From assembly GCA_951804945.1 (NCBI GenBank), contig OX638151.1, positions 123,194,001 to 123,258,000 on the forward strand: DNA of 64,000 nt, read 5' to 3'. The DNA is from Podarcis cretensis. Its lineage: Eukaryota. Positions 1 to 12,160 of this stretch are shown piece after piece. The position numbers were made by a program, and so were the translations under genes. The notes beneath the pieces are model-generated. The model worked only from the letters and a program-made list of their open reading frames with translations. It made no database searches and was not told where the DNA came from. Within the stretch, counting starts at the first letter, position 1; the number at the start of each line of letters is the position of its first letter.

Positions 1-1418
1 TAAGCCATGTATTTTATGGGATCTGAGATAGGTCTTGGTTTAGCCTTTGCCTTGTATAATGACACAAGATTTTGATCAAGCATGTAGGATGTTATGGCTG
101 TTTTGTGAAAGCTTGGAATGTGTCCAGGAATGTCTTGGCTTTAGCTGTAGGGAGGCTTACTTTCAAATAGCAGGGAGGCGATGACTAGGCTAATGACAAC
201 CTTGGTCGCTCTGATGTTTATAAGACACGTCCAGTATTACTACAGTACTACATATTTTTGTTTTATTACTAGAAATGCCGCATTGCAGGTAATACTTAGG
301 GAGAAAGCCTGTAGTATTCATGCTGGCTTTTAGGTGGGGGTTATTCTGATTTTATATGGAGTTGATGTATATTGCTTTTAAATTTTTTTTTGTAAACTAC
401 CCAAAGGACTTGTTTGATGGGGTGATAAAGAAATATAACACATAATATAGGAACCAAATTGTAGTAAGAAAACTCCTGACTAAATCATCTGTGTTTCACT
501 GCAGAATTTGTAGTTTTACTGGTCCTGAAATATATTTGTTTACTTAGTATGGAAGCATGACTTACCTCAGTTTGTTAACCTTGGATGTAAGCTGAAGCTG
601 AATGAATCTAATGCTTTATGTTACTCCAGAAACCACCAAGTAGAGCTCTCACAAAAGTGTGCACCCATGGTGATCAAAATCGGAGTGGGCAGCACAGCCC
701 ACCTAGATTCTGATCTCACCCCTCTTTTGGGTGTGAAATGCTCTTTGAAAGTGCAGATTATACATGCTGACCAAGTCCACACAATCCTTGCCTTACAAGG
801 ATTGTGTGAACTTGGTGCCAGGTGCCCACCTTAACCTCTGCTGCCCTACATGAAATCAGCTTCCAGCCTAGGTAGATGTAAATAATGTCTTTGAAGACAG
901 GGATTGTATGGGTTGGTGGGGGTTGTGGGATTGGGGTCCTTGAAGAATTCCAGTGTCGTGGTCATGATGGGTGATTGACTGCTCCTGCCCACCTGACACA
1001 GTAGCTTGCAGAGGCCAGGGGACAGCAACATCTAACCTTCTGGCTGGAACCAGTTCCCTACCCTTGATATGCCATGCAGTGTCTGCCTTATAGTGATAAA
1101 CATGCATTCCTTGAATGCACACAGTTATATTTACTTTATTTATATAGCTGTCCATCAAAAATATAGTAGTTTACAAAACTTCAAGATCTGGAAAGGATAG
1201 GCACTTTGCACCTGGCTGTCTTTTGAAGGAAGTTTAGAAACTTCAGCTGGTGTCAAATTCTGCTGACCAGATGTTGGCTGGGCTATTTAATTAGGAGTTT
1301 ATTTAGACTAGGGCAATTGGCATAAATGACTCCAACAACATGGTATCAGTTGTGCTGGTTATCAGTGTGTTTCTGGGCACCTCTAAAAGTGTTGATTTTG
1401 ACCTTTAAAACCCTAAAT

Positions 1419-1554
1419 CAGGCTTCCTCAACCTCGGCCCTCCATATGTTTCTCGCCTACAACTCCCATGATCCCTAGGTAGCAGGACCAGTGGTCAGGG
1501 ATGATGGTAATTGTAGTCTCAAAACATCTGGAGGGCGGAGGTTGAGGAAGCCTG
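1419..1554. mobile_element. hAT (Charlie/Buster-type) MITE inserted in an old L2 fragment
   Basis: TIR CAGGCTTCCTCAACCTC, internally palindromic; perfect 8-bp TSD CCCTAAAT (1411-1418, 1555-1562). Flanks rejoin to L2-like TFK.LNGL coding sequence. Confidence 0.9.
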
Positions 1555-1643
1555 CCCTAAATGGTTTGGAACCAGGTTTCTGAAAAGACTGCCTGCATGC
1601 ATATCCACCTTCCCACACTTTGAAATCATCATCTTCAGAGGTT

Positions 1644-1674
<31 letters not shown>

Positions 1675-1845
1675 AATGCTGGTGAAATTATTTAAATTGG
1701 CAGGTGAAGGGAGAGGGCCTTGTTTGCAGTAGCCCCACACTTTGTGGAATTCTATTATGCCAATTGAGGTCCATTTGACACCATTGTTACAAGACTTCAA
1801 ATGGGTACTAAAGACCTTCTTCTTTCACTTTTTCTTGCAAGTATG

Positions 1846-2190
1846 AGGTCTAAACCGCTGAGCTTCTTGGGCTGCTGATCATAAAGTCGTCAGTTCAAAT
1901 CTGCATGACGGGGTGAGTTCCCGTTGCTCTGTCCCAGCTTCTGCCACCTAGTAGTTTGAAAGCATACCAGCATGAGTAGATAAATAGCTTTTGCTGTGGA
2001 GGAAGGAAAACAGCATTTCCATGCTCGCTTGCTTCTGTCAGTGTCCCATTGTGCCAGAATTGGTTTAGTTATGCTGGCCACATGACCCAGAAAGCTGTCT
2101 GTGGACAAACGCTGGCTCCCCTGGTCTGAAAGCAATGATTTCAACTGGACTTAACCATCCAGGGATACTTTACCTTACCTTTACCTTTAC
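1846..2190 (+). mobile_element. Sauria SINE (diverged)
   Basis: Core GTAGATAAATAG and ATGCTGGCCACATGACC motifs; (ACCTTT)n tail. Confidence 0.85.
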
Positions 2191-2282
2191 TACCACTGCT
2201 GAATCATTTTGTTTTCATGACATTGTCCACAGCTGAATGATTATTACGATTATTGTTTTATTTATTTCTAGTGCTGTCTTTC

Positions 2283-2465
2283 ATAGGAACATAGGAAGCT
2301 GCCTTATACAGAGTAAGACTAACGGTCCGTCTATCTCAATATTATCTACACTGATTGGCAGTAGATCTCCAGTGTTTTAGACACAGAATCTCTTCCAGTC
2401 CTACCTGATATGAGATTGAACTAGAAACCTGCATGCAAAGCAGATTCTCTACCACTTAGCTATGG
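2283..2465 (-). mobile_element. Old tRNA-derived SINE with CR1-type (TTCCTATG) tail
   Basis: tRNA-like head at the right end on the minus strand; cataggaacatagg tail. Homologous to the interrupted copy at 62772-63440. Confidence 0.6.
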
Positions 2466-2503
2466 TTGATGTGTTAAACATTGTGCTTTTACCTTTAATA
2501 TTT

Positions 2504-2660
2504 ACCATATATACTCGAGTATAAGCTGACTTTTTCAGCACATTTTTATGCTGAAAAAGCCCCCCTCGGCTTATACTTGAGTAAGGTGGGCGGTGGCGGT
2601 GGAGGGACAAGCGGCCCAAAAGGAGCCCTTTCTCGCTGCTGGTTCCGCCGCCGCTGCCCT
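2504..2660. mobile_element. Tc1/mariner (Tc2/pogo-like) DNA transposon end fragment
   Basis: TA followed by CCATATATACTCGAGTATAAGC terminus, a subterminal inverted copy GGCTTATACTTGAGTA, then a GC-rich body. Second TIR absent. Confidence 0.55.
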
Positions 2661-3779
2661 GTGGCCCTGAAAAGTTGCCTACAGATATCTTATTATTTTT
2701 GTTATTGATCTTTCCAGCTAGAAGTTGGTATTGATACTAAAATGAGATGGTGGTGTATGAGATTAATAGTTCTATTTCAGACTGAGAACAAAACACACTG
2801 CATATTATGAAACTATTATTTAAAAACAAATTGCTAATGTTCTTAGGAGACCTACATGTGATGCAAAAGCTGTTGTGTCTTTTGGTGAGCATTATTATTG
2901 AGTGAGTGAGCGAGTGATTGTTTTGCTTTGGGATATAGATGTTTTGTCTGGATGTTGAAAATTTCCCTCTTTTTATTTCGGGTTGGTTCATCGCTCCCTC
3001 AAGTCCGGAATTTAGTGCACAGTTAGAACAGAGATTTCTGTCTCCCCTTGTCTCTGCAAGCTATAACCAGCAGACATTTTTCTTCTATTGTTATCACACT
3101 GATTGAGAAATTGTGCATAGGGTGCATACTACTCCCTCTCCTGCCTCTGCATGAGATACTCTTGTTCCTGACAGATTATGATATATAGTCCTCTGTAGAT
3201 TGCACCACCACTGTGATGCTGTCATTAATTCTGACATTTCGGGTGGCTGTTTGTTTTTGTTTTAATTCCCACAGTCTTCACAAAAGTTGCAGTCTCATTT
3301 GTCAGAATGGCTTCCAGGCTGTCAGAACATTTGGACAGAACATTTGGCTAAATGGATGAGCGCTGTGTCCAGGGGATTACATAGCACAATTATTCTAGAG
3401 AGGAAAATGGTGTGTGGTGTGGGAGGAACTTAGATAATATGGCATTTAAAATAACTAAGATGGGAAACATTATGGTTCTGGTGTGAATTAAGTAATTAAT
3501 GGGCATAAATCACCATGAGGGAGCACTAAAGGATAGCAAGGGATTATATCTAGGTTCACTCCTGTTTTCATTTCTGATTTGTTTTATTTAACTAAATCTG
3601 TTAATGATTTTTTCTAAATAAACATAGAAAACCAACCCCCCATCACCTGCACCCTACAAACACAGGTTCCTCTGGGAAAACATTGTTTCAAAGTGTTAGG
3701 TGCGACTCCAGTGGGTGCCAATGTAAATGATGTTCCTTTGAGTACATGATAAAAGGGTGCCTGCCATGTTATGGTAAAG

Positions 3780-4120
3780 GTAAAGGGACCCCTGACCGTT
3801 AGGTCCAGCCGCGGACAACTCTGGTGTTGCGGCGCTCATCACGCTTTATTGGCCGAGGGAGCCGGCGTACAGCTTCTGGGTCATGAGGCCAGCATGACTA
3901 AGCCGCTTCTGGCAAACCAGAGCAGCGCACGGAAACACTGTTTACCTTCCCGCCAGAGCGGTACCTATTTATCTACTTGCACTTCATGCTTTCGAACTGC
4001 TAGGTTGGCAGGAGCAGGGACCGAGCAACAGGAGCTCACCCCGTCGTGGGGATTCGAACCACTGACTTTCTGATTGGCAAGCCCTAGACTCTGTGGTTTA
4101 ACCCACAGCACCACCCATGT
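3780..4120 (-). mobile_element. Sauria SINE, full length
   Basis: (GGTAAA)n tail on +, head ending CCACCCATGT(CC). 20-bp TSD CCTGCCATGTTATGGTAAAG at 3760-3779 and 4121-4140. Confidence 0.93.
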
Positions 4121-4897
4121 CCTGCCATGTTATGGTAAAGTTTCCCTTTTCTCCTTTTCTAGCTAATGCTGTGAATTCCTTAGTCAATTTTTCAGAAAGT
4201 ACAGCTGTCCATAGTTTCTGTTTTCAGAAAGTATGCAAATGTTCCAGAGATTTCCAGTTTTGTGCCATAAGTTGTCAAGTGGCTACTAAAAGAGGATTAA
4301 TTATTTATATCTAAAATTAACATTATCATATTTAAAGATCGTTAGCAAAACCAAGGTTGGGATGTAAATAATATTTTGCTTTATAATCAAGCTTATTTAT
4401 TTAACAATGGTCTTCCAAAATGGTTGCAATTTATTGCATGCCCACCACATGTGAAGACATGATTTCCTTATACCCTCAACAGAGAGCAGAGACTGCTTTA
4501 TTAATGTATCTGCATCTCAGAGGTGTTTGATGCCACCTATGTAAAGGCTTGAGAGTGCTTTCTTTTACATGCATGGAACTGACCTCAGGGATTTTTCAAA
4601 AATCATTTCTGGTTTTAAGATACTGGTGGTCTGAAAAATTTGTTCCCCCAATAGAGCTTTTTCATTGTGTGTCCTTAAGTGGAGTTTGGGATAATGGCAT
4701 CTCAGACTTTGTGTTCTCAATAATTATTTGTCCACTGTTCATTGAAATATTGTATAGCAGGCATTGTTGGATAGTACTTGGGCAAGGGAGACCTGGTTTA
4801 AATCTGAACTCACTGCAAGGCCTTAGGACAGTCATTGTCTCTCAATCCAACCTACCTCACAGGGTTGAAGGTAGAGGGGGAGGAACATCATTTAATC

Positions 4898-5029
4898 CAG
4901 GGGTGGACAACATGGTGCCCTTCATATGTTGCTGAGACTCCAGCTCCCATCAGCCCCAGCCAGTATGGTCATTGATGATAGAAGCTAAAGTCCAGCGGCA
5001 TATGGAGGGCACCACATTGGCTATCCCTG
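4898..5029. mobile_element. Older hAT MITE related to 1419-1554
   Basis: CAGGGG...CCCTG ends with GTGCCC/GGGCAC subterminal inverted repeats. Confidence 0.65.
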
Positions 5030-5453
5030 ATTTCCTTGGTGGAAAGATAAAGAAGTCTGTCATTGAGGCTTTCTGTGCCCTCTCAAAATGGAGCCCTTAT
5101 TTCCCCATTACTCCTTCTGAGTACAACTGCCGACAACAAACCAGCACTTCATGCTAAACTCATGTTGTTGAAGTTACACTCTGAAAGGTTAGTTTTAGGG
5201 ACTCTCAGTCATTTGTTCTACATTGAGTGATTGCTGTTTAACAGCATCCCATTAATATTATGGCTTAAACAGTTTAGGAACTGGCAATCTGACAGCCCCA
5301 GCTACACTGTTGTGAGTTTAGCATGAGGCTGCTCCAGTGAGTGGCAACTACAAGAACACTCAGCTATTCACAGTGTGATTGGTGTCAGCAGATGCAATTA
5401 GAGTTGCCTTGTTGAATGCTTAAAGCTATTGGTTTGTTTTTTTTATATATAAA

Positions 5454-5489
<36 letters not shown>

Positions 5490-5546
5490 ATGGATAAAAG
5501 GCACATGGGAGAAATCATAGAGCTATGGCAATTGTTATTCTCTTAT

Positions 5547-7052
5547 TAATAATAATAATAATAATAATTTATACCCCACCCATCTGGCTGGGTTTCCCCA
5601 GCCACTCTGGGTGGCTCCGAACTAAATATTAATAACACAATACAGCATTAAACATTAAAAACTTCCCTAAACATGGCTGCCTTCAGATGTCTTTTAAAAG
5701 TAAGATAGTTGCTTATTGCCTTGACATCTGATGGGAGGGCATTCCACAGGGCAGACACCACTACCAAGAAGGCCCTCTGCCTGGTTCCCTGTAACCGCAC
5801 TTCTCGCAGTGAGGGAACCGCCAGAAGGCCCTCGGCTGAACGATGTTGGTGGAGACGCTCCTTCAGGTATACAGGACAGAGGCCGTTTAGGGCTTTAAAG
5901 GTCAGCACCAACACTTTGAATTGTGCTCGGAAACATACTAGGAGCCAATGCAGGTCTCTTAGGACTGGAGTTATATGGTCTCGGCGGCCACTCCCAGTCA
6001 CCAATCTAGCTGCCACATTCTGGATTAATTGAAGTTTCCGGGTCACCTTTAAAAGTAGCCCCACATAGAGCGTGTTGCAGTAGTCCAAGCAGGAGATAAC
6101 TAGAGCATGCACCACTCTGGTGAGACAGTCCACAGGCAGGTAGGGTCTCAGCCTGCGTACCAGATGAAGCTGGTAGACAGCTGCCCTGGACACAGAATTA
6201 ACCTGCACCTCCATGAACAGCTGTGAATCCAAAATTAATCCCAGGCTGTGCATCTGTTCTTTCAGGGGCACAGTTACCCCATTCAGGACCAGGGAGTCCT
6301 CTACACCAGCCTGCCCCCTGTCCCCCAAGAACAGTACTTCTGTCTTGTCAGGATTCAGCCTCAGTCTGTTAGCCACCATCCATCCTCCAACAGCCTCCAG
6401 ACACTCACACAGGACCTTCACTGCCCTCACTGGTTCTGATTTAAAAGAGAGGTAGACCTAGATATCATCCGCATATTGATGAACACCCAGCCCAAACCAC
6501 CTGATGTAGATGTATTTTTAGCATGGGAGAAGGGACGGAACCCTGAGGCACCCCACAAGTGAGAGCCCAGAGGTCTGAACACTCATCTCCCACCACCATT
6601 TTCTGCACATGGCCCAGGAGAAAGGAGCAGAACCACTGTATAACAGTGCCCCCCAGCCCCTATAGATGGTCCAGAGGGATGTTATGGTTGATGGCATCAA
6701 AAGCTGCTGAGAGATCTAGCAGAACTAGGAAACAGCTCTCACCTTTTTCCCTAGCCTGCCAGAGATCATCGACCAGCGCAACCAAGGCAGTTTCAGTCCC
6801 ATAGTGAGGCCTGAATCCTGATTGGAAGGGATCCAAATGGTCCACATCCTCCAGGTGTGCTTGGAGTTGTTCAGCAGCCACCCGCTCAATCACCTTGCCC
6901 AAGAATGGAAGATTTGAGACTGGGCGATAGTTGGCCATATTGGCCAGGTCTAAATATGTTTTTTAAAGAAGCGGTTTAATGACCGCCTCTTTCAGTGGGC
7001 CTGAGAAGGCTTCCCCACAGAGGGAAGCATTCACCACCCCACAGAGCCCCAC
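5547..7052 (-). mobile_element. L2 LINE, 5'-truncated, RT C-terminal part plus 3' UTR
   Basis: ORFs 6660-6938 (NYRPVSNLPFLGK, QSGFRP, LDLSAAFD) and 5648-6430 (LNPDKTE), with GVPQGS and YADD motifs between them; (TAA)n tail at 5547-5567. Reading frame is disrupted. Confidence 0.95.
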
Positions 7053-7415
7053 TAGTCTGGGATAACCCCTCAGAGACAATTTTTGGTACATGTAGATGAG
7101 AAGGAGAGTGAGAAAAAAGACCCGGTGCACTAGCAGAAGCTGTTAAATGGGCTTCCACTAGCAACACTAGTATATAGTGTATATCCAGCTAATTTTATTA
7201 ATACATATATATAGCTGTACTGTGAAACATTTAGTTCCCATTTAAAACTAATAGTAGTCTCCCATTGGCAAACCATGGGAGCACAGCCATGTCTACTTAT
7301 GGCACCAAGCAATGTACCCCTTAGAGGCTAGATTATTCTGAGCCGTTCAAACATGACTGTGTACTTGCTTCTGATTCAAACGTGTTACTTTTCGTCTTTT
7401 TTTTTTTAAAAAAAA

Positions 7416-7815
7416 CCCTTTGAGGGATTCTGTGCAGGACCTGTATGCAAGTGCTCTACTGGAGCTCACAGACAGCCCAGTTGATCTTCTGCAGTATGGT
7501 CTCCTCCGCTGCTGCCAGGGCGCTGATGGGAGGTGGTCAGGCAGGTACCACAACAGGGGCTGTGAATGCTGGAGTGATGGCAGAAGCTCTTAGGTCTTTC
7601 TGCTGCCCCTTCACAGTGTTCTGGGCGTGGCACATGGCGAGGTGTTAGCAGAGAGGAGAGGTGAAGTGGCATCTTCTGAGCTAGCAGCTAGCTGTTGTTC
7701 ACTCAGTTGGGACAGAGTAGCTTGACCATTCAGGGCCAGGTTGTCCTTGTCAACATCAGAATTAAGTTCTTGGCAGGTGGCAGTTCTTTGCTGCTTGTCC
7801 TGCAGCAAAAATGGT
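7416..7815 (-). pseudogene. ZNRD2: Decayed copy of the C-terminal part of ZNRD2 (SSSCA1, Sjogren syndrome/scleroderma autoantigen 1)
   Basis: Minus-strand translation across frameshifts gives TI/LLQDKQQR..TCQELNSDVDKDNLALNGQATLSQLSEQQLAASS, VPRPEHCEGAA and ALAAAEETILQKINWAVCELQ*..SCTESLKG. These are collinear with SSSCA1 (TILLQDKQRKIYCVACQELDSDVDKDNPALNAQAALSQ...VPRPEHCEGAA...LLQKLTWA...ACAEAL). It carries stops, frameshifts and short deletions. Confidence 0.88.
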
Positions 7816-8589
7816 CTGCCATGTTCAGTGCCAAGATGTTCCCTCCTCTCTTCAGCACTGATAAAACTGGGTGTTGTCTATGAACTTGGTATTTTACAAA
7901 GACACTTTTGGCTCAGTATTTGATTGTAAATCCTCATAGAGAAGTCACATTGGTTCTAGCAGTGCTTCTCAGTGTGGAAAATATTGCTTAGCAGGATGAA
8001 AATGGTGGTCCGACAACATTTTAATACAAATTAGTCATGTTAGAATTGTCATGCATACATCCACCACTGAGAAGAGACCTTGGAAGAATGGGAGTTGCCT
8101 CAGAGTTTTTCTGTGAATAGCATTACTAAGTCACATAGCTGTTTTCCCTTATACTGTTGAAATGTGTGGATTTTTGAAGGCTCAGCTCCTGCATCAAAGC
8201 ATGCTGTGCTCTGTCACAATTCGACTCAGTTATTAAAAGTATGTGATGAGGTCAAAAGGCTCCTTGACAAGGGAGTTGGATTGGACTGCCTGTAGCATTT
8301 GCAAGTTCCTCCACTTAATTATCCAGAAGCATTAGCAATGAACTAGCAAAATCCTTGTTCAGTTCCATCCTGTGAAGTGGTTCATATTTAACTTAACCTA
8401 TCCTATCCTGAATATTCAGAGTGTGCCCACTAATCCAAAAAAATTCAGCAAGTACAACTATTAGGAAGCTTAACTCCACAAGATACCTTTGTCCATGCAG
8501 TAAACTCTGATCTCTCGGTGTTTTTATAGAAGGCAATTGTGTATAGTTATGAGAAGAATGGTTTTACTCCATAACCTATTCTCTATAAA

Positions 8590-8790
8590 AAGTTGTTGTT
8601 GTTGTTGTTACTATTACTATTATTTTATTTATACTCCACCCGTCTGGCTGGGTTTCCCCAGCCACTGTGGGGGGCTTACAGCAGATATAGATAGTAAAAT
8701 GTCAAACATTTAAAACTTCCTTGCCTTCTGATGTCTTCTAAATGTGTAGTTCTTTATCTCCTTGACATCTGATAGGAGGGCATTCCACAG
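8590..8790 (-). mobile_element. L2 LINE 3' end fragment
   Basis: CTGGCTGGGTTTCCCCAGCCAC 3' stem-loop shared with 5580-5610; microsatellite tail. Confidence 0.85.
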
Positions 8791-9552
8791 TATCTTGTTT
8801 AATGGATCAGTGTCTTGTTTAATTCAACACCCTCTTCAGACTTCATTTCTATTGGACTTAGATTTAAGAACGCAAGGATTTGGGCCTGCCACACCGTACT
8901 TCAAAGCTCAGTAGGAAAAAGTAGTGGCATATACATGTGGGAGGTCTTTGTCTTTTTAAATCGTCAAGCCGGAAAGCAAAGCATGCCCTTGATACAGAAA
9001 ATTTGATGAAGTTCTAATATAAACCCTGTCTCACTTGTACCTGTCTGCTTTGTAATATAGACAGGTCAGGTCACTTGACTAGTCTCTCACTTTCTAGTTT
9101 AGCACAAAATAAGTCATAGGAAGAAGAAAACAGCTCCATATTCTGATCATTAAAAATATGTTTTGGGTAGGAAAGCAGTTATTTAAATCCATACAAGCAA
9201 CTCCCATTTACCCAGGGGTTATGTTCTGAGGCACCACATATTTAATTGACATTGTGTGTATTGGGAACATTTAAAAAGCCTGCAAACACCTTCTAAACCT
9301 CTGGAAACCCTTGAAAAATTCTTTAAAAAACCAAAACCACCCAACTCCACCACAATTTCTCCCTCCAAACCTCCTTGCTCAAATTCCAGCTCTCCACACT
9401 CCTCAAAGGTCAGTGCAAAAGTTCCTGGGATTGCTAGACACCACTTTTGCCAATTTTGTGCTCTTTTAGAGCTGTTTTTGCCGCTTTCCATGCCAATTCT
9501 GGGTTTACGGCAGTGTGTGCATGCCTCGAACTTGCTTAAATGGGGAGTTGCT

Positions 9553-9964
9553 TAGAATCATAGAATCATAGAGTTGGAAGAGACCACAAGGGCCATCGAG
9601 TCCAACCCCCTGCCAAGCAGGAAACACCATCAGAGCACTCCTGACATATGGTTGTCAAGCCTCTACTTAAAGACCTCCAAAGAAGGAGACTCCACCACAC
9701 TCCTTGGCAGCAAATTCCACTGTCAAACAGCTCTTACTGTCAGGAAGTTCTTCCGAATGTTTCCTAATGCTTCCTAATGTTTAGGTGGAATCTTCTTTCT
9801 TGTAGTTTGGAGCCATTGCTCCGTGTCCGCTTCTCTGGAGCAGCAGAAAACAACCTTTCTCCCTCCTCTATGTGACATCCTTTTATATATTTGAACATGG
9901 CTATCATATCACCCCTTAACCTCCTCTTCTCCAGGCTAAACATGCCCAGCTCCCTTAGCCGTTC
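9553..9964 (-). mobile_element. CR1 LINE 3' fragment
   Basis: ORF 9764-10018 contains [29 protein letters not shown]; (ATTCTATG)n tail. Confidence 0.93.
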
Positions 9965-10237
9965 GTTTGTATTAGTTCTCTCACATACTACTTCTACAAC
10001 TATATATTTTGCTTCCATTCACAGTGGAACTATAAAGTGGACAGGAACTTGTTTGGTGTGCAGGTTTGCACAGATTAAATTTGTAGAAGGTTTGGTTTAT
10101 AAACTTGCTGGTCTTATTATTAGTATATGAAGACCAGTTTTCTTATGAGATCGCCTAACTCTGCATGTGCCCACTTGACTGCTTCAGTCAGCGGAATTGT
10201 CACAAATGCAGGTACCACATAATACTTGTTCCACAAT

Positions 10238-10302
10238 TGTAAGAACTTGATCGTTTAGTGTGGCGGTGACTGTAAGAACTTGATCGTTTAGTGTGGCGGT
10301 GA
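10238..10302. repeat. Perfect tandem duplication, 32-bp unit with 33-bp period
   Basis: TGTAAGAACTTGATCGTTTAGTGTGGCGGTGA at 10238-10269 and 10271-10302. Confidence 0.95.
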
Positions 10303-10480
10303 TCTCAGTAGGCAGGAAGTTCCAATCAGGCACCTTCACTGTAATCTTTTTGGTACCTGCTAAAAATAATCTTAGATGCTTAGAAAGTTGGGGTAATTTT
10401 AATCTGCTTCAGTATTTTAACTTTGTATGTCTTTAAGTAGGGTTGTAATTTTTTCTTGATTTTACTGTTTTATCTTTTGT

Positions 10481-10608
10481 NNNNNNNNNNNNNNNNNNNN
10501 NNNNNNNNNNNNNNNNNNNNNNNNNNNNNNNNNNNNNNNNNNNNNNNNNNNNNNNNNNNNNNNNNNNNNNNNNNNNNNNNNNNNNNNNNNNNNNNNNNNN
10601 NNNNNNNN
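10481..10608. other. Assembly gap (128 N)
   Basis: Run of N. Confidence 1.
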
Positions 10609-11582
10609 TTCAAATAGCAAATGCAAGTGGTGAGTGCCTACAGGACCATAGTGAAAACATAGCCACTGAAAAGCAAGAGGGTATCTGTATGCTAGGGGGG
10701 AACCCTATGTCTTCAGAAGTACATCCCCCCCCCCAAAAAAAAAGGTTTTTTGGGGGGTGAGTGGGGGGTTAAGTGGACATCCTATACACACCAAAACAGT
10801 GCAACGTGAATTGAGCATTTTCAGTGCCCATGTAATGCTGACTTTCTATTTTCAGGGCAAAAAATTCATATAGAAAGAGATGTTTACAGGGAAGACCTAA
10901 GATTGATTAATCCAATGCTCTGGCTTCTCATTTCTTTTTAGCTTTAAAATAGCTATATATTTTTATCCTTCTCCTACAACTCACTGATGGAGGAAGAGGT
11001 CTTACATTCTTTAATTTCAATTATTTCTTTTATTATGAGGATCTTGAAGGGAGCTTCATGGGAAGAGGAACCAGGGAAGAAGGACAAGGACAGGAAATGC
11101 TGCCTGAATATACCTGGTTCCATATAGACACCTTGTAAATTTCTATTTTTCCTAGATCTGAGTGGAATTTTATTTTGAGGCTATTTTGTGAGCGGCTTTG
11201 AGAGCTTTCCCGGCCTATTCTAAGTAATAAATTCTACCCAAATGACTTATGTGTGTACAGGTCCCATCTTCTTTCTTCCTCACATTCCCCTTAAGTTGGT
11301 CACAACTAAGCACATTTTTCAATAGGAGCTGAAGCAGTTATTCTTGCTTTATGCTTCTTTTTTGCATACTTTTTACTTGTCATTGTCCATATAGTCAGCA
11401 TTTGATGGCTCAGCCCTGAACTATGCTAGCAGCCAGTAGGAAGTGGTAGGAGAATGTTGAATTAAAGCATGGTTGAATGAAGCATTCCTGTAATTATATG
11501 GCTAAGCAGGGTCTTGAGAGAGTTGGTCCTTTCTAGGCTCCCTACAGCTTTCGTTATGATAGGTTGTTTTTATGATAACAAA

Positions 11583-11723
11583 GTGCGTAGCTCAGTTCAT
11601 TGAACATGAGACTCTTTATCTCAGGGTTGTGGGTTTGAGCCCCACATTGGGTACAAAGATTCCTGCATTCCAGGGGGTGGATTAGATGACCATTAGAGTC
11701 CCTTCCAGTTCTAGGATACTATG
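11583..11723 (+). mobile_element. tRNA-Lys-derived SINE with CR1-like 3' tail
   Basis: Head TAGCTCAGT...CATGAGACTCTTTATCTCAGGGTTGTGGGTTTGAGCCCCACATTGGG resembles tRNA-Lys(CTT). It is followed by a CR1-type end, GATGACC...GTCCCTTCCA...CTATGA. Confidence 0.8.
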
Positions 11724-11829
11724 AAAATGGTTGGAAGCAGTCAGTACTGGATGTCTATATTTTTCGTCAGTGAAAAATGTATACTGAAAAGTATTATTAC
11801 AGCTTTTGTTTATCTCGGATTGGCAATAG

Positions 11830-12160
11830 GCCCTCTTCAGGCCTGAAAAGTACGTAGAGGGATGGTTTGATGCGTATATTGCAGTACCACCGGACGCAGG
11901 CTGCCCGCTCTTGACCTTTACATGTTTAGAGTGAAGTTCTGAAGGAGGCTTTAAGTGTATTTGCCTGAAGGCGCTTACAAGCCTCCTCATAATCAGAAAA
12001 TTGCCTTATGAGGGCTCCCAGATCATGAGGAGACTTGTAAGTGCTTTTAGGCAAATGAACTTGCAAGCTCTTTTCAGACCTTCATGCAAAACATGCAAAA
12101 ATCAGGAGTGTAGAGGGTGTATGTCCTCACAGGTCCAAGCTGAAGGCATGGAGAGGCCTT
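11830..12160. mobile_element. Old palindromic (foldback) element, probably a MITE
   Basis: Diverged inverted arms at about 11921-11994 and 12021-12095; both strands translate to MRRLVSAFRQ. Confidence 0.6.

Noticed and set aside
5648-6938. Active or domesticated reverse transcriptase
   Set aside because: 5'-truncated L2 with a stop right after YADDI and frameshifts between the ORFs.
7416-7815. Functional nested ZNRD2 gene
   Set aside because: The zinc-ribbon cysteines are partly deleted, there are multiple frameshifts and stops, and no upstream exons were found.
11583-11652. tRNA-Lys gene
   Set aside because: The D and T arms are degenerate and it continues into a CR1-like tail, so it is a SINE head.
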